In this document: positions 1 to 10,123 of the stretch, one piece after another | Numbering within the stretch: the stretch's first letter is position 1 | Layout: every line of letters begins with the position of its first letter | From: an uncultured bacterium | GTDB lineage: Bacteria; Zixibacteria; MSB-5A5; GN15; FEB-12 | Reading direction: 5' to 3' | DNA length: 64,000 nucleotides | Assembly (NCBI GenBank): GCA_965372795.1 | Contig: CBDVDR010000011.1 | Span: forward strand, 32,001 to 96,000 | The notes under the pieces: model-generated | The model's input: only the letters and a program-made list of their open reading frames with translations | Told to the model about the DNA's origin: nothing | The model's database searches: none | Program-made: the position numbers and the translations under genes

Positions 1-13
1 TTAGGAGCATCTC

Positions 14-1150
14 ATGAATAAAGCAATTCAAAATATGCTGATAACACCTGCCGGAATAATCTTATTGATGTCAATTGTTATGTTTTTTGCAACTCCGGTG
101 GATGCATCCAAAGTCAGAATAAAAGATATCTGCACCTTTCAGAATAAATCTGATGTCGATTTAATCGGATACGGTTTAATCATCGGTTTAGACGGAACCG
201 GGGATGGAACCGGAACTCAATTTACAACCCAATCACTCGTTAATATGATGGAAAGAATGGGATTGACTGTAGATGTGAAAAGGGTAAAAGTCAAAAATGT
301 TGCCGCTGTAATGGTCACAGCCAAAATATCAAGTATTCAATCACAAGGTTCATATTTTGATATTACTGTTTCATCGGTAGGTGATGCTTCATCATTACAG
401 GGCGGTACTTTGCTAATGACTCCATTGTCCGGACTCGATGGGAATGTCTATGCTACTTGTCAAGGTCCTGTTTCAATTGGTGGTTTTAATGTTCAGGTTG
501 ATGATGCTAATAAAATTGTAAATAACTATACCCTCGTCGGCCGGGTGCCTAATGGTGGTAAAATTGTTAATGAAGTCATTGAACCGAAAGGATATGATAG
601 AGAACTCTATTTATCACTTCATTCGCCGGATGTAACAACCGCCTACAGAATCTCGGAAAGAATTAATATAAAATATGGTTTGTCAGCATATCCGATTGAT
701 GGTGGCAGTGTAAAGATAATTATTCCCGATTCGTTATCTAATCAGATTAATCGGATGAAATTTGTATCTGATATTGGTCTGTTACAAGTGGTCCCAGATA
801 TTAACGCTCGCGTTGTAATTAATGAAAAGACTGGTACAATTGTGGCTGGTCAAAATGTAACAATTGAGCCGGTAGCGATAGCGCATGGTACAATTACTGT
901 AGATATCCGTTCAACTCCGATAATATCTCAACCGGAACCGTTTAGTTCAGGTGAGACAATATTAACTCAGGAATCAAGAATTTCTATCAATGATGAACAG
1001 GCTCGCGTAGTTCATTTAAAAGGTGCAGTGTACCTTTCTGATGTTGCCAAGGCTCTGAATAAGATCGGCGCCACCCCGCGTGATATAATTGCAATTTTTC
1101 AGGCTTTAAAACAGGCTGGAGCATTGAGGGCTGAATTGATAATTCTCTAA
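14..1150 (+). CDS. flgI: Flagellar P-ring protein FlgI
   Basis: Signal peptide then RIKDI...LIGYGLIIGLDGTGD, KNVAAVMVTA, SLQGGTLLMTPL, ARVVINEKTGTIV, LQALKQAGAL-like end: FlgI signature motifs. Confidence 0.97.
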   Translation: MNKAIQNMLITPAGIILLMSIVMFFATPVDASKVRIKDICTFQNKSDVDLIGYGLIIGLDGTGDGTGTQFTTQSLVNMMERMGLTVDVKRVKVKNVAAVMVTAKISSIQSQGSYFDITVSSVGDASSLQGGTLLMTPLSGLDGNVYATCQGPVSIGGFNVQVDDANKIVNNYTLVGRVPNGGKIVNEVIEPKGYDRELYLSLHSPDVTTAYRISERINIKYGLSAYPIDGGSVKIIIPDSLSNQINRMKFVSDIGLLQVVPDINARVVINEKTGTIVAGQNVTIEPVAIAHGTITVDIRSTPIISQPEPFSSGETILTQESRISINDEQARVVHLKGAVYLSDVAKALNKIGATPRDIIAIFQALKQAGALRAELIIL

Positions 1151-2076
1151 TGACTATAGCAAGTATTAAAAATTTACCTTTTGTAAGTCCACCGACAGAT
1201 GTGGAAAAATTGAAAGGGACAAAAGCAACTACTCTTGAGGGTGAAAAAGAACGTCTTCAAAATGCAGCCAAGGAATTCGAATCTTTTGTTTTTAATGAAA
1301 TGTTAAAAACAATGAGAAAAACCATTCCGGAAAGTTCCCTTTCCGAGGGATCGCCATTCTCAGGCGGAATGGGGAAAGATATCTTCACCGAAATGTTTGA
1401 TGTTGAATTATCGAAAAAAGTATCAAACGGAGGAAGAAATTCGATCTCTGAAATGCTAACCCACCAACTATCGAAGTTACTTGAGGCAGAATATAAACAG
1501 GATAGTGAACCGGGTAAACTTGATGCTCTTAATAGTAATGATCGAAAATTAATAGAAATTAATTCTAAAAACTTTATCGAAACTCCCAGGAAAATGATTC
1601 CGATAACCCCGACAAAAGAACCGGTAAATACGACAATTTCTCATTCATCATCACGAAAAAAGAGTAATAATCCAATTATTGAAAAATATGGCGACCTGAT
1701 AAATCAAGCTGCAGAAGCACACAATCTTGATTCCGCATTAATCGCATCAGTGATAAAAGCTGAGTCCAATGGCGATCACAAGGCTGTCTCACATGCCGGC
1801 GCCAAAGGATTAATGCAGTTGATTGACTCTACTGCCAGCGATTTAGGAGTGGAGCATGTCTTTAATCCAAAAGAGAATATTATGGGTGGAAGTCGCTATC
1901 TGAAAAAGCTTTACGATAAATATGGCGATGTGAAGCTGGCTCTGGCGGCGTATAACGCCGGACCGGGGAATGTCGATAAATTTGGAGGTATCCCACCGTT
2001 TAAAGAAACAGAAAATTATGTTAAGAAAGTAATGTCAAATATCAGTGAGTTTAATATGACGGAGAAAATAGACTAA
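1150..2076 (+). CDS. flgJ: FlgJ rod-binding domain fused to an SLT (GH23) lytic transglycosylase
   Basis: N-terminal LQNAAKEFES.F...MLKTMRKT rod-binding motif; C-terminal AES, AGAKGLMQL, ALAAYNAGPG SLT motifs; follows flgI with TAATG overlap. Confidence 0.88.
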   Translation: MTIASIKNLPFVSPPTDVEKLKGTKATTLEGEKERLQNAAKEFESFVFNEMLKTMRKTIPESSLSEGSPFSGGMGKDIFTEMFDVELSKKVSNGGRNSISEMLTHQLSKLLEAEYKQDSEPGKLDALNSNDRKLIEINSKNFIETPRKMIPITPTKEPVNTTISHSSSRKKSNNPIIEKYGDLINQAAEAHNLDSALIASVIKAESNGDHKAVSHAGAKGLMQLIDSTASDLGVEHVFNPKENIMGGSRYLKKLYDKYGDVKLALAAYNAGPGNVDKFGGIPPFKETENYVKKVMSNISEFNMTEKID

Positions 2077-2101
2077 AGAGAGACAATAAAACCGCCGATA
2101 A
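2074..2101 (+). promoter_or_regulatory. sigma28 (FliA/SigD)-type promoter for flgN-flgK-csrA-flgL-fliW
   Basis: TAAA(2074-2077)-N16-GCCGATAA(2094-2101). Confidence 0.8.
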
Positions 2102-2134
2102 AACGATTACAATTTGGAATTGAGAATATTGGAT

Positions 2135-2620
2135 ATGATTAACAAACTAATTGAAATAGTTGGCAAGGAAGCCGAGCTTTTTGAAACTTTCCTCGCATTG
2201 TTGGAACAGCAACAAAAGCATCTTGTCGATAATAACACAGACGGACTCAATGAAGTCACCCACTTGCAACGTGAGAAGATGGTCGAAAGCCAGATTCTTA
2301 ATAAAGAGCGGGAATCTCTGGTAATTGAGATCAAAAAAGATAATGCAATCGACGGCGATCTCAACATTTCAAAACTCCTGGATTTAGTAGATAAAAATCA
2401 GGCCGAGCGATTGGTTCAGCTTAAAGAATTAATTGTCAGCCTTCACGATCAAATTGCTGAAGTCCGGAATCAGAACGCAGTCTTGTTAAACAGATCCCGT
2501 TCATATATCTCCCGTATGATGAATACGCTTTCTAAAATTAATAGCCCGGCACCGAACTATTCAAAAAACGGAACAAATCAGGAACAACAGCAAACTATCA
2601 GTATAGATAGGAGAGTCTGA
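2135..2620 (+). CDS. flgN: Flagellar export chaperone FlgN
   Basis: Helical ~160 aa protein directly before flgK, with L...NQNAVLL and terminal IDRRV; ATG 2135 preferred over TTG 2114 because of the promoter position. Confidence 0.85.
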   Translation: MINKLIEIVGKEAELFETFLALLEQQQKHLVDNNTDGLNEVTHLQREKMVESQILNKERESLVIEIKKDNAIDGDLNISKLLDLVDKNQAERLVQLKELIVSLHDQIAEVRNQNAVLLNRSRSYISRMMNTLSKINSPAPNYSKNGTNQEQQQTISIDRRV

Positions 2621-4026
2621 TGCCAGGATTATTTCAAGGATTAGAAATAGGAAAACGGGCGCTTTTAACCCATCAATTTACACTTCAGACAATCGGTCAT
2701 AATATTGCGAATGTAAATACCCCGGGATATTCTCGTCAAAGAGTAAATATCACAACTATGATTCCAGAACAGTCAAATGTGGGATCAATTGGTTCTGGTG
2801 TTAAAGTTGTAGATGTTCGTCATGCCCGCGATTTGTTCCTTGGTGAACAGGTTCGTGAAGATAGTAAATTACTTGGACAATGGTCATACAAATCAAAAAT
2901 ATTATCACAAATAGAATCACTTGTAAATGAACCTAATGAAAATGCTTTAGGTGAATTACTAAACAATTTCTGGTCAAGCTGGTCAGATCTGGCGACCGGC
3001 GATCAAGCATCACGCGATGCTTTGGTCAGTTCCACCCAGGAATTAACGAATGGTTTCCACCAGCTTGCAAATCAGCTCGATAATCTTCGTTCATCAATTG
3101 ATCGTGATCTGGTTAACTTGACTCAGGAAATTAATCGGTATACTTCTGAAATAGCTAATATCAACGGACAGATTCATTCTCAGGAAGCAGGATCTTTTAA
3201 AGCTAATGATCTCCGTGATGTTCGCGACAGGCTTGTCGATGAACTATCGTCGATTGTCGATGTAAATACCGTTGAGCAAGATAATGGTTCTTACACAGTC
3301 TATATCGGTGCTATGACTATCGTAGATGGTAAAGATGATTTACGTATCACAGCTGATGTAGTAAACAAAAACGGAGTTGTAAGCAACCGACTTGTCTGGG
3401 AAAACACAGATAATGAGCTCAAAAACTTTAACGGGCAACTTAAAGGACTGGTTGATTCTCGGGATAATATTATACCGGGTTACATAGATGAACTTCACAA
3501 ATTAGCAGCATCATTGATTGATGAAGTTAATGCTGTTCATCAAAATGGATATGGTTTGGATAATTCAACCGGGCTTAATTTTTTCAAAGATACTTATAAA
3601 GATGCTTTCAATATTGAAATAAATTCGGCACTAATTTCAAATCCGTCCCGGATTGGAGCATCTGGCTCTGTTGATGCAAACGGCAATGTAAATACAGGCG
3701 ACCAAACTATTGCCTTAGCGATTTATGAATTAGGTGAAAAGAAAATATTGGAAAGCGGGACTGCAACTTTTAGTGATTTTTATACAAGTATGATTGGAAA
3801 ACTTGGCGTTGAATCACGTGAAGCTACATCGTTTACAAATAATTACGAACTGCTTTTAAATCAGAGAAATTCTGCGAAAGAAGCGGTTCAAGGAGTTTCT
3901 TTGGATGAAGAGATGACTAATATGATAAGAGCACAGCATGCTTATGATGCTGCAGCGAGAGTTATTACATCCATGGATCAGGCTTTGGATACGGTAATTA
4001 ATGGTATGGGAATTGTTGGAAGATAA
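2620..4026 (+). CDS. flgK: Flagellar hook-associated protein FlgK
   Basis: GHNIANVNTPGYSRQRV at the N-terminus; GVSLDEEMTNMIRAQHAYDAAARVI at the C-terminus. Confidence 0.97.
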   Translation: MPGLFQGLEIGKRALLTHQFTLQTIGHNIANVNTPGYSRQRVNITTMIPEQSNVGSIGSGVKVVDVRHARDLFLGEQVREDSKLLGQWSYKSKILSQIESLVNEPNENALGELLNNFWSSWSDLATGDQASRDALVSSTQELTNGFHQLANQLDNLRSSIDRDLVNLTQEINRYTSEIANINGQIHSQEAGSFKANDLRDVRDRLVDELSSIVDVNTVEQDNGSYTVYIGAMTIVDGKDDLRITADVVNKNGVVSNRLVWENTDNELKNFNGQLKGLVDSRDNIIPGYIDELHKLAASLIDEVNAVHQNGYGLDNSTGLNFFKDTYKDAFNIEINSALISNPSRIGASGSVDANGNVNTGDQTIALAIYELGEKKILESGTATFSDFYTSMIGKLGVESREATSFTNNYELLLNQRNSAKEAVQGVSLDEEMTNMIRAQHAYDAAARVITSMDQALDTVINGMGIVGR

Positions 4027-4044
4027 AAAATAGAAATATAAACA

Positions 4045-4066
4045 ACGGATAAACCAAGGAGGGTTT
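4045..4066 (+). promoter_or_regulatory. Putative CsrA-binding sites in csrA leader (ACGGA plus hairpin AAACC-AAGGAG-GGTTT presenting the SD in its loop)
   Basis: Two ANGGA motifs, the second in a 5-bp hairpin loop coinciding with the SD before GTG 4068. Confidence 0.55.
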
Positions 4067-4067
4067 A

Positions 4068-4382
4068 GTGCTTATTCTGACAAGGAGGTTAGGTGAGTCG
4101 ATTACTATTGGAGACAATATAAAAGTCTCAGTGTTGGGTGTCAGCGGTCGCCAGGTGCGATTGGGAATTGATGCTCCAAGTGATGTAGTCGTTCATCGAG
4201 AAGAGGTTTATGTCAGGATCCAGGAAGAAAACCGAAAAGCTTCAAAATCGCTAAAAAAGGATTTAGCCGATATGGTGAAGTTAATTAAAGGTAAAATGAG
4301 GAACAAGGATTCTACAAATAATTCGATGCCCGATATTGATTTTAAGAACAATCAGAGGGATAGAAAACATAGACGAGATTAA
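4068..4382 (+). CDS. csrA: Carbon storage regulator CsrA, long C-terminal (FliW-regulated) type
   Basis: [16 protein letters not shown]...VRLGIDAP...HREEVY; R44 and N55 present; GTG start with AAGGAGG SD. Confidence 0.97.
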   Translation: MLILTRRLGESITIGDNIKVSVLGVSGRQVRLGIDAPSDVVVHREEVYVRIQEENRKASKSLKKDLADMVKLIKGKMRNKDSTNNSMPDIDFKNNQRDRKHRRD

Positions 4383-4423
4383 ATGAGTATTTATAGCAGT
4401 ACTCTTTAATTGAGGAAAGTAAT

Positions 4424-6355
4424 ATGCGTGTAACAAATTCGATGATTTCAAACAGAGTCGTGTTCAATATGCAACGCACTCTCACCCGTCTCCTGACTTT
4501 ACAGGGACAGATGTCTTCAGGAAGAAGGATTGAGAAACCATCAGATGATCCAATCGGTACTTTGAGGGATCTAAATTATCGTACCGAGTTGAATAGAAAC
4601 GAACAGTACATTAAAAACATTAATAAAAGTTCGTCTAAATTAACCAGTTATCAAAATATTCTGTCTGAATTAAATCAGTTGGTTGTAGATGCCAAAGATG
4701 AAGCAATAGGCATGTCAAATGATGATGCCGGAGCTGATAGTCGGGCGTTAATTGCTGTTGTTATTAAATCAAAATATGATTCGATAGTTGCCCTTGGGAA
4801 TAAATCACTCAATGGTAAACATCTTTTTTCAGGATTCAAGACCGATACCGCTGCTCTTTCCGCATCTGCTAATGGGGTAGTTTATAATGGAGATATGGGG
4901 AAAATTGAATATCCCATTGAATCATCAACAAAAATGACCGTTAATTTAAACGGCTCCGACATATTTTTTAAGCCGTTAAAAGGAATTGAAAATGTCAGCA
5001 ACCTGCATACTGCTGTAACCGGGGTAACACAATTAACCGACTTAAATGGTGGTACTGGAATTGATCAGACCGCTGGTTCTCTTACAATTAGTGATAATAA
5101 TCTGGGAATCACTTCTACGGTTGATATTAACGGAGCAACAGACATCAATGATGTCCTGACTGCAATAAATAACCAATTAGCAGCTGATGGAATAACCAAT
5201 GTTACCGCTGTTATTGGTGCTGAAAAAAATAATATAAAGCTTGAAATTGACGAATCAATCCCCAGACAAATTAACGACAATACCAATTTATTTAATTTAA
5301 ATAATGGTCATGGTCTTGACATGTCTAATGGATGGATAAATGTTTCAGATGGTGGAGCAATAAACGAATCAATCGATTTATCATCTGCTGCTACTGTTGG
5401 TGATATAAGAACAGCATTCAATAATCATATGACTGCTCTTGGTCCTCCGATGGATAATGTGTCGATGCAGATCAATGCGGCTGGAACCGGTTTTGAAATA
5501 ACCGACACAAATGGAGTTCCACTCGGTTTAACAATTCAAGAATTTAACTCTAATTCAACCCTCGCAACCGATTTAGGAATCGCCGGAAATATCGGAGCTA
5601 TGCTTGTCGGGGGAGACTTAGACCCTGAATATAACTTTACCGTCGCAGAAAATGGTGGAACAACGGCAAATGATCTCGGTTTGTTAGGGAATTTCAATTA
5701 CGATCACGTTGGTTCAAGTATAAAACCACAATTATCCGCAACTTCATTAGTCTCGGATTTGAATTATGGTTTGGGTATTGATTTGAATGAGATTACTGTC
5801 TGGCAGGGCAATGAAAGCAGAGTTTTTGATTTAACCGATCCGGCAATAAATACAATTCAGGATGTTTTGGATTTGTTTAATAATTCAGGGTTGGATATAA
5901 CTTTATCTCTAAACCAATCAAGCGGAACATTTAAAATTGTCAATAATGATCCATATAAATCATTAACAGTTGAAGATTCAGTCGGTGGAACATTGACGAA
6001 AAAGATGGGAATCTTCGGATCAACTGATTTACTCGGGTCAATGCTTGTTCTTACTCATGCTCTTGAAAACAACGATCGAGAGGGTATTGAGCTGATGCAA
6101 GGGAATCTTGACCAGGCTCTTACCGGCTTAAGACATAATATTTCAGTTGTAGGTTCAAAGAATCAAAGACTCGAATCAACTTTGTCGAGAATCAATGAAT
6201 TAAATTTTAATTATACAAAGTTACTATCTGAAGTAGAGGATGCTGACATTGCTTTACTATTGACTAACCTTGCTATGTCAGAGAACAGTTATCAAGCAGC
6301 ACTGTTAGCAAGCGCTAAAATTATACAACCATCACTGTTAAATTTCCTTCAATAG
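4424..6355 (+). CDS. flgL: Flagellar hook-associated protein FlgL (enlarged, internal repeats)
   Basis: MRVTN...SSGRRIEKPSDDP N-terminus; EDAD...YQAAL..SAKIIQPSLLNFL C-terminus. Confidence 0.95.
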   Translation: MRVTNSMISNRVVFNMQRTLTRLLTLQGQMSSGRRIEKPSDDPIGTLRDLNYRTELNRNEQYIKNINKSSSKLTSYQNILSELNQLVVDAKDEAIGMSNDDAGADSRALIAVVIKSKYDSIVALGNKSLNGKHLFSGFKTDTAALSASANGVVYNGDMGKIEYPIESSTKMTVNLNGSDIFFKPLKGIENVSNLHTAVTGVTQLTDLNGGTGIDQTAGSLTISDNNLGITSTVDINGATDINDVLTAINNQLAADGITNVTAVIGAEKNNIKLEIDESIPRQINDNTNLFNLNNGHGLDMSNGWINVSDGGAINESIDLSSAATVGDIRTAFNNHMTALGPPMDNVSMQINAAGTGFEITDTNGVPLGLTIQEFNSNSTLATDLGIAGNIGAMLVGGDLDPEYNFTVAENGGTTANDLGLLGNFNYDHVGSSIKPQLSATSLVSDLNYGLGIDLNEITVWQGNESRVFDLTDPAINTIQDVLDLFNNSGLDITLSLNQSSGTFKIVNNDPYKSLTVEDSVGGTLTKKMGIFGSTDLLGSMLVLTHALENNDREGIELMQGNLDQALTGLRHNISVVGSKNQRLESTLSRINELNFNYTKLLSEVEDADIALLLTNLAMSENSYQAALLASAKIIQPSLLNFLQ

Positions 6356-6373
6356 GATGGAAAAGGGAAAAAA

Positions 6374-6856
6374 ATGAAATTTTATACTCAAAAATTTGGA
6401 GAAATTGAAATCCCCGAAACAAAAATCATTTCGATGATGAAGCCTATTCTGGGATTTGAAAACTTAACCAAATTCTGTTTAGTAGAAGCTGAAGAAATGT
6501 TGCCCTTTTTATGGTTTCAATCTTTAGAAGATAGTACGATTAGTTTTATTATAGTAAATCCTCGTGCTTTTTTCTCGGACTATAAAATTGAAGTCAACAG
6601 AAATGAACTTTCAGAACTCAATATTAACAATGCCGAATCAGTGGAAACTTATGTCATTGCTACAATTCCTGAAGATCCCAAAGATATGTCAGTAAATTTG
6701 CAAGGACCTATTTTAATCAATACTGAAAATAATTTTGCTAAACAGATGGTGATGGTTAATTCCAATTATAAAGTTTCTCATAAATTATTGGATATGCTCG
6801 AACAAACAGAAGCTGAAAATGAAAAACATAAAGAACCTGAACTTGCAGGTGTATAA
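6374..6856 (+). CDS. fliW: Flagellar assembly factor FliW (CsrA antagonist)
   Basis: FGEIEI, ILGFE, PFLWFQS, VNP..FF.DY, SVNLQGPILIN motifs. Confidence 0.95.
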   Translation: MKFYTQKFGEIEIPETKIISMMKPILGFENLTKFCLVEAEEMLPFLWFQSLEDSTISFIIVNPRAFFSDYKIEVNRNELSELNINNAESVETYVIATIPEDPKDMSVNLQGPILINTENNFAKQMVMVNSNYKVSHKLLDMLEQTEAENEKHKEPELAGV

Positions 6857-6883
6857 TATTCTTCTGTAAACAAAGTTATTCAA

Positions 6884-6985
6884 AAGGATTCGAAATGGAA
6901 TTCGGATTGTATCATTCAGATTTATCATCAAATTACCTTTCTCAGGATATAAAAGGCATTTCCCAAATTAGAATGGAGCATCATT
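6884..6985 (+). promoter_or_regulatory. GGA-rich leader of the glycosyltransferase gene, including hairpin ATTCGAA-ATGGAA-TTCGGAT (6888-6907)
   Basis: Five GGA motifs in about 100 nt; one ATGGA in a 7-bp stem loop and one ATGGA overlapping the SD. Confidence 0.5.
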
Positions 6986-9970
6986 GTGCCTAATAAACTA
7001 AAAAAAATGCGAGCTTTAAGAAAAGTAGAAATAGTAACATCCGAAACCTGTTTTGATGCTGCACTATCTCATTATCAAATGAAAGAATATGACAAAGCAA
7101 TCAGCTATGGTAAAAAATATTTTGATTATTCTTCTGAAAATAATCAATCAAAAGCTGTTATTTTTGAAATTTTAGGGAACAGCTCAAAATACACAAACAA
7201 TTTCAAACAAGCTGAAAAATATTATAAACAAGCACTTCAACTATCTCAGACTAAGCCACAAATTTATATCGAATATGCATTACTTCAAATTCATCTGGAA
7301 GAAACTGATAAAGCCCTTATTATTTTAAATGATGGAATAAATAAATATCCGAATTCAATCGAAGTCGAAATGTTAAAAAATCAGATTCTTGGAAACAGGG
7401 GATTAGATTCTCAAATTGATGATTTACAAAGTCACTATAATAATAATTATTATGATAAAGTTATTGAACATAGTAATGCTCTTGAATCAAAATACCCTAT
7501 TGAAGATACAAAACAAAAATATTTATATGATCGAATTTTAGCATTCAGTTATTATAAGGTTAACAAAATTGTTGACGCCGAAAAAATTATAAATCGTGGA
7601 ATTGAATATTCACCAAATTCAATCGATTTTTTCTATCTGAAGACTTCTGTCAGCCATACTATGAAGGAGTCTGAAAATACAATCTCGTTTGGGTCTAAGT
7701 ATTTTAAACTTATTGAAGAAAATAAAAATTCCGGCTATTTTGATGAAGATTATACAGTATCAAGTATTCATCAATGCAAAATCTCAAATAATATTGGAAA
7801 TGCTTATGCCGATAAAGATGACTTTAAAAAGGCATCAATACATTTTCAAAATGCGATTAAAGCAGATTCCGGTAATCATGTCTCCTATCAAAATTATGTC
7901 AGATTATTAAAGCATAATGATTCCGACGATAAAGCTTTGGAAGTCCTTCAGGATGGAATCAAACACAGCCGTCAAACCCAGGAGTTAAAAATGATGACTG
8001 AATCATTTAAGCAGCGACCTTCTATTTCAGCTAGCATGATTGTTAAAGACGAAGAAAAACTTCTTCCCGGATGTCTTGATTCTATCCGTGACTGGGTTGA
8101 TGAAATTATTTTGGTCGATACCGGTTCCACTGATAAAACAGTAGAAATTGCAAAGTCATACGGCGCCAAAATATATCATCAAAAATGGGAAGGAAACTTT
8201 TCAAAACATCGTAACTATTCCATTGATCTGGCAACGGGCGATTGGATTTTTATTATCGACGCTGATGAACGATTTGATATAAATGAGGTTGCACCGCTTC
8301 TTGAAATTTTGAGGAACAGCGATCATCAGGCGATTTCTGTCAATGTATATAATTATATAAAGAAATCGCGCTTAAAGGTTACCTTGGCTAACTCGGTTCG
8401 TTTGTTCCGCAGAGAGACAAAGTTGCGATATGAAGGAATTGTTCACAATTCATTAAAAATTCCTGAAGGTATAAAAATATTGCGGGCACCTTTTTCAATG
8501 GAACATCTTGGATATGATCTTGAAAAAGAATCGATGGATAAAAAATTCCTTCGGACCAAAACTCTTTTAGAACAACAAATAGATGATAATCCGGAATTTA
8601 CTTTTGCATGGTTCAACTATGCCCAGCTTTTCAGAGGGAAACTGTCTGAAGATATAGAAAAATATGCACCCAAAGTTATCGAGGCGGCACTAAAATCTCT
8701 GTCTTTATCAAATCCTGGCCACCTTGAAACCCGATTTATTCATTTGATGTCGCTTGATTTATTAGCCTGCACTTATTTTTCAATCGAAGATTATCAAAAA
8801 GCGAAAGAATATGCAGAATTAGCCTTGAAACATAAGCCGGAATACCTTGATCCATTGATGCTGATGGGGCATATCTATTGCAAAACCAAAGAATATGATT
8901 TATCTGTTGAAGCTTATAATAAATATCTGGAAGTTCAGAAAAATTATAATGAACATCGTGAAGTTGATTCAATAACCCTATATCATTCAGATTCTGTTAA
9001 TACCGCTTTATATGGCATTGGAGCTGTAGAGGAATTAAAAAATAATTTTGGTAAAGCCAAACAGTTATATCATAAAGTTATTGAAAACAGTTCCGATTTT
9101 TACGAAGCCGCTCTTTGTCTGGGTAATCTGTATTACAAAGACAATGATCTGATCAAAGCAGAAAAATATTTTAGACTGCAAATAGAAGAGGGCATGCCTT
9201 CTCCTTCGGCATCATTAGGCCTGGCTCAATTATACTTTCAAAAGCAGGCATTTAATAAAGCTGAAAAATATTTGCTAAAGGCGATAGAATTTGATCCTAA
9301 CAATCCGGAAATAAATTCAAGAGCCGGACAATTTTACTTTGAAATCGGTAATGGGGAAGAGGCTGCAAAATATTTCACTATAGCAATTAGTCTTGGCAAA
9401 AATGATTTAGAGATTCAAAATAAATTAGCCGAGGCTCTTTTTAAAATTGAAAATTATGATCAGGCGATTAGGGTATATAAGCAGATTCTTGAGAAAGATT
9501 CAGATTCTCTCACCGTTTTAAACGATTTAGGTAATTGCTATTTCAAAATTGAAAACTATTCACAGGCTGAACTATACTATCAAAAAGCGATTTCGAGTGA
9601 GAAGGCTGAAGCAGTAACATTTCGGAATCTGGGACTAAATTTCCTTAATCAGTCAAAGCACAAATCAGCCCTTGAAACCCTTAAAATCTATATGAATCTG
9701 GAGCCAGATGATATTGATATCACAAATTTGATTGGAGAACTTTGTTTAAGATCCGGAGAATATCAAACTGCAATCGAATATTTTGAACAGATATTAAAGA
9801 AAATCCCAGACTTTGTGCCAGCCATATTCAATTTGTCAGAATGTTATCTGGCTATGGGGCAGGGGGATGCGGCTGTGATGGGTTACCAGCGGGTATTATC
9901 AATCGACCCTGATTTCAAACCAGTGATAGAACGGTTAAAAGAGCTGGAACAGCTAATTTCATCCCAATAA
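6986..9970 (+). CDS. TPR-GT2-TPR glycosyltransferase, probable flagellin glycosyltransferase
   Basis: Central SASMIVKDEE, DEIILVDTGSTD, WIFIIDADE (DxD) GT2 motifs flanked by many TPRs; immediately upstream of fliC. Confidence 0.85.
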   Translation: MPNKLKKMRALRKVEIVTSETCFDAALSHYQMKEYDKAISYGKKYFDYSSENNQSKAVIFEILGNSSKYTNNFKQAEKYYKQALQLSQTKPQIYIEYALLQIHLEETDKALIILNDGINKYPNSIEVEMLKNQILGNRGLDSQIDDLQSHYNNNYYDKVIEHSNALESKYPIEDTKQKYLYDRILAFSYYKVNKIVDAEKIINRGIEYSPNSIDFFYLKTSVSHTMKESENTISFGSKYFKLIEENKNSGYFDEDYTVSSIHQCKISNNIGNAYADKDDFKKASIHFQNAIKADSGNHVSYQNYVRLLKHNDSDDKALEVLQDGIKHSRQTQELKMMTESFKQRPSISASMIVKDEEKLLPGCLDSIRDWVDEIILVDTGSTDKTVEIAKSYGAKIYHQKWEGNFSKHRNYSIDLATGDWIFIIDADERFDINEVAPLLEILRNSDHQAISVNVYNYIKKSRLKVTLANSVRLFRRETKLRYEGIVHNSLKIPEGIKILRAPFSMEHLGYDLEKESMDKKFLRTKTLLEQQIDDNPEFTFAWFNYAQLFRGKLSEDIEKYAPKVIEAALKSLSLSNPGHLETRFIHLMSLDLLACTYFSIEDYQKAKEYAELALKHKPEYLDPLMLMGHIYCKTKEYDLSVEAYNKYLEVQKNYNEHREVDSITLYHSDSVNTALYGIGAVEELKNNFGKAKQLYHKVIENSSDFYEAALCLGNLYYKDNDLIKAEKYFRLQIEEGMPSPSASLGLAQLYFQKQAFNKAEKYLLKAIEFDPNNPEINSRAGQFYFEIGNGEEAAKYFTIAISLGKNDLEIQNKLAEALFKIENYDQAIRVYKQILEKDSDSLTVLNDLGNCYFKIENYSQAELYYQKAISSEKAEAVTFRNLGLNFLNQSKHKSALETLKIYMNLEPDDIDITNLIGELCLRSGEYQTAIEYFEQILKKIPDFVPAIFNLSECYLAMGQGDAAVMGYQRVLSIDPDFKPVIERLKELEQLISSQ

Positions 9971-10018
9971 TTGATATTTAATAATAATAAAATATTGAGT
10001 TAAGGCTTTAAAACTTTG

Positions 10019-10045
10019 TAAAGTTGTCGACTGATCTGCCGATGT
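10019..10045 (+). promoter_or_regulatory. sigma28 promoter of flagellin
   Basis: TAAA(10019-10022)-N15-GCCGATGT(10038-10045). Confidence 0.85.
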
Positions 10046-10123
10046 TAAGGCTATGATAATGAAAGAATAATAATATGATAATGTATTCTCAAATGTCAAA
10101 AAAAGGGAGGTTCTAGTTTTTAG

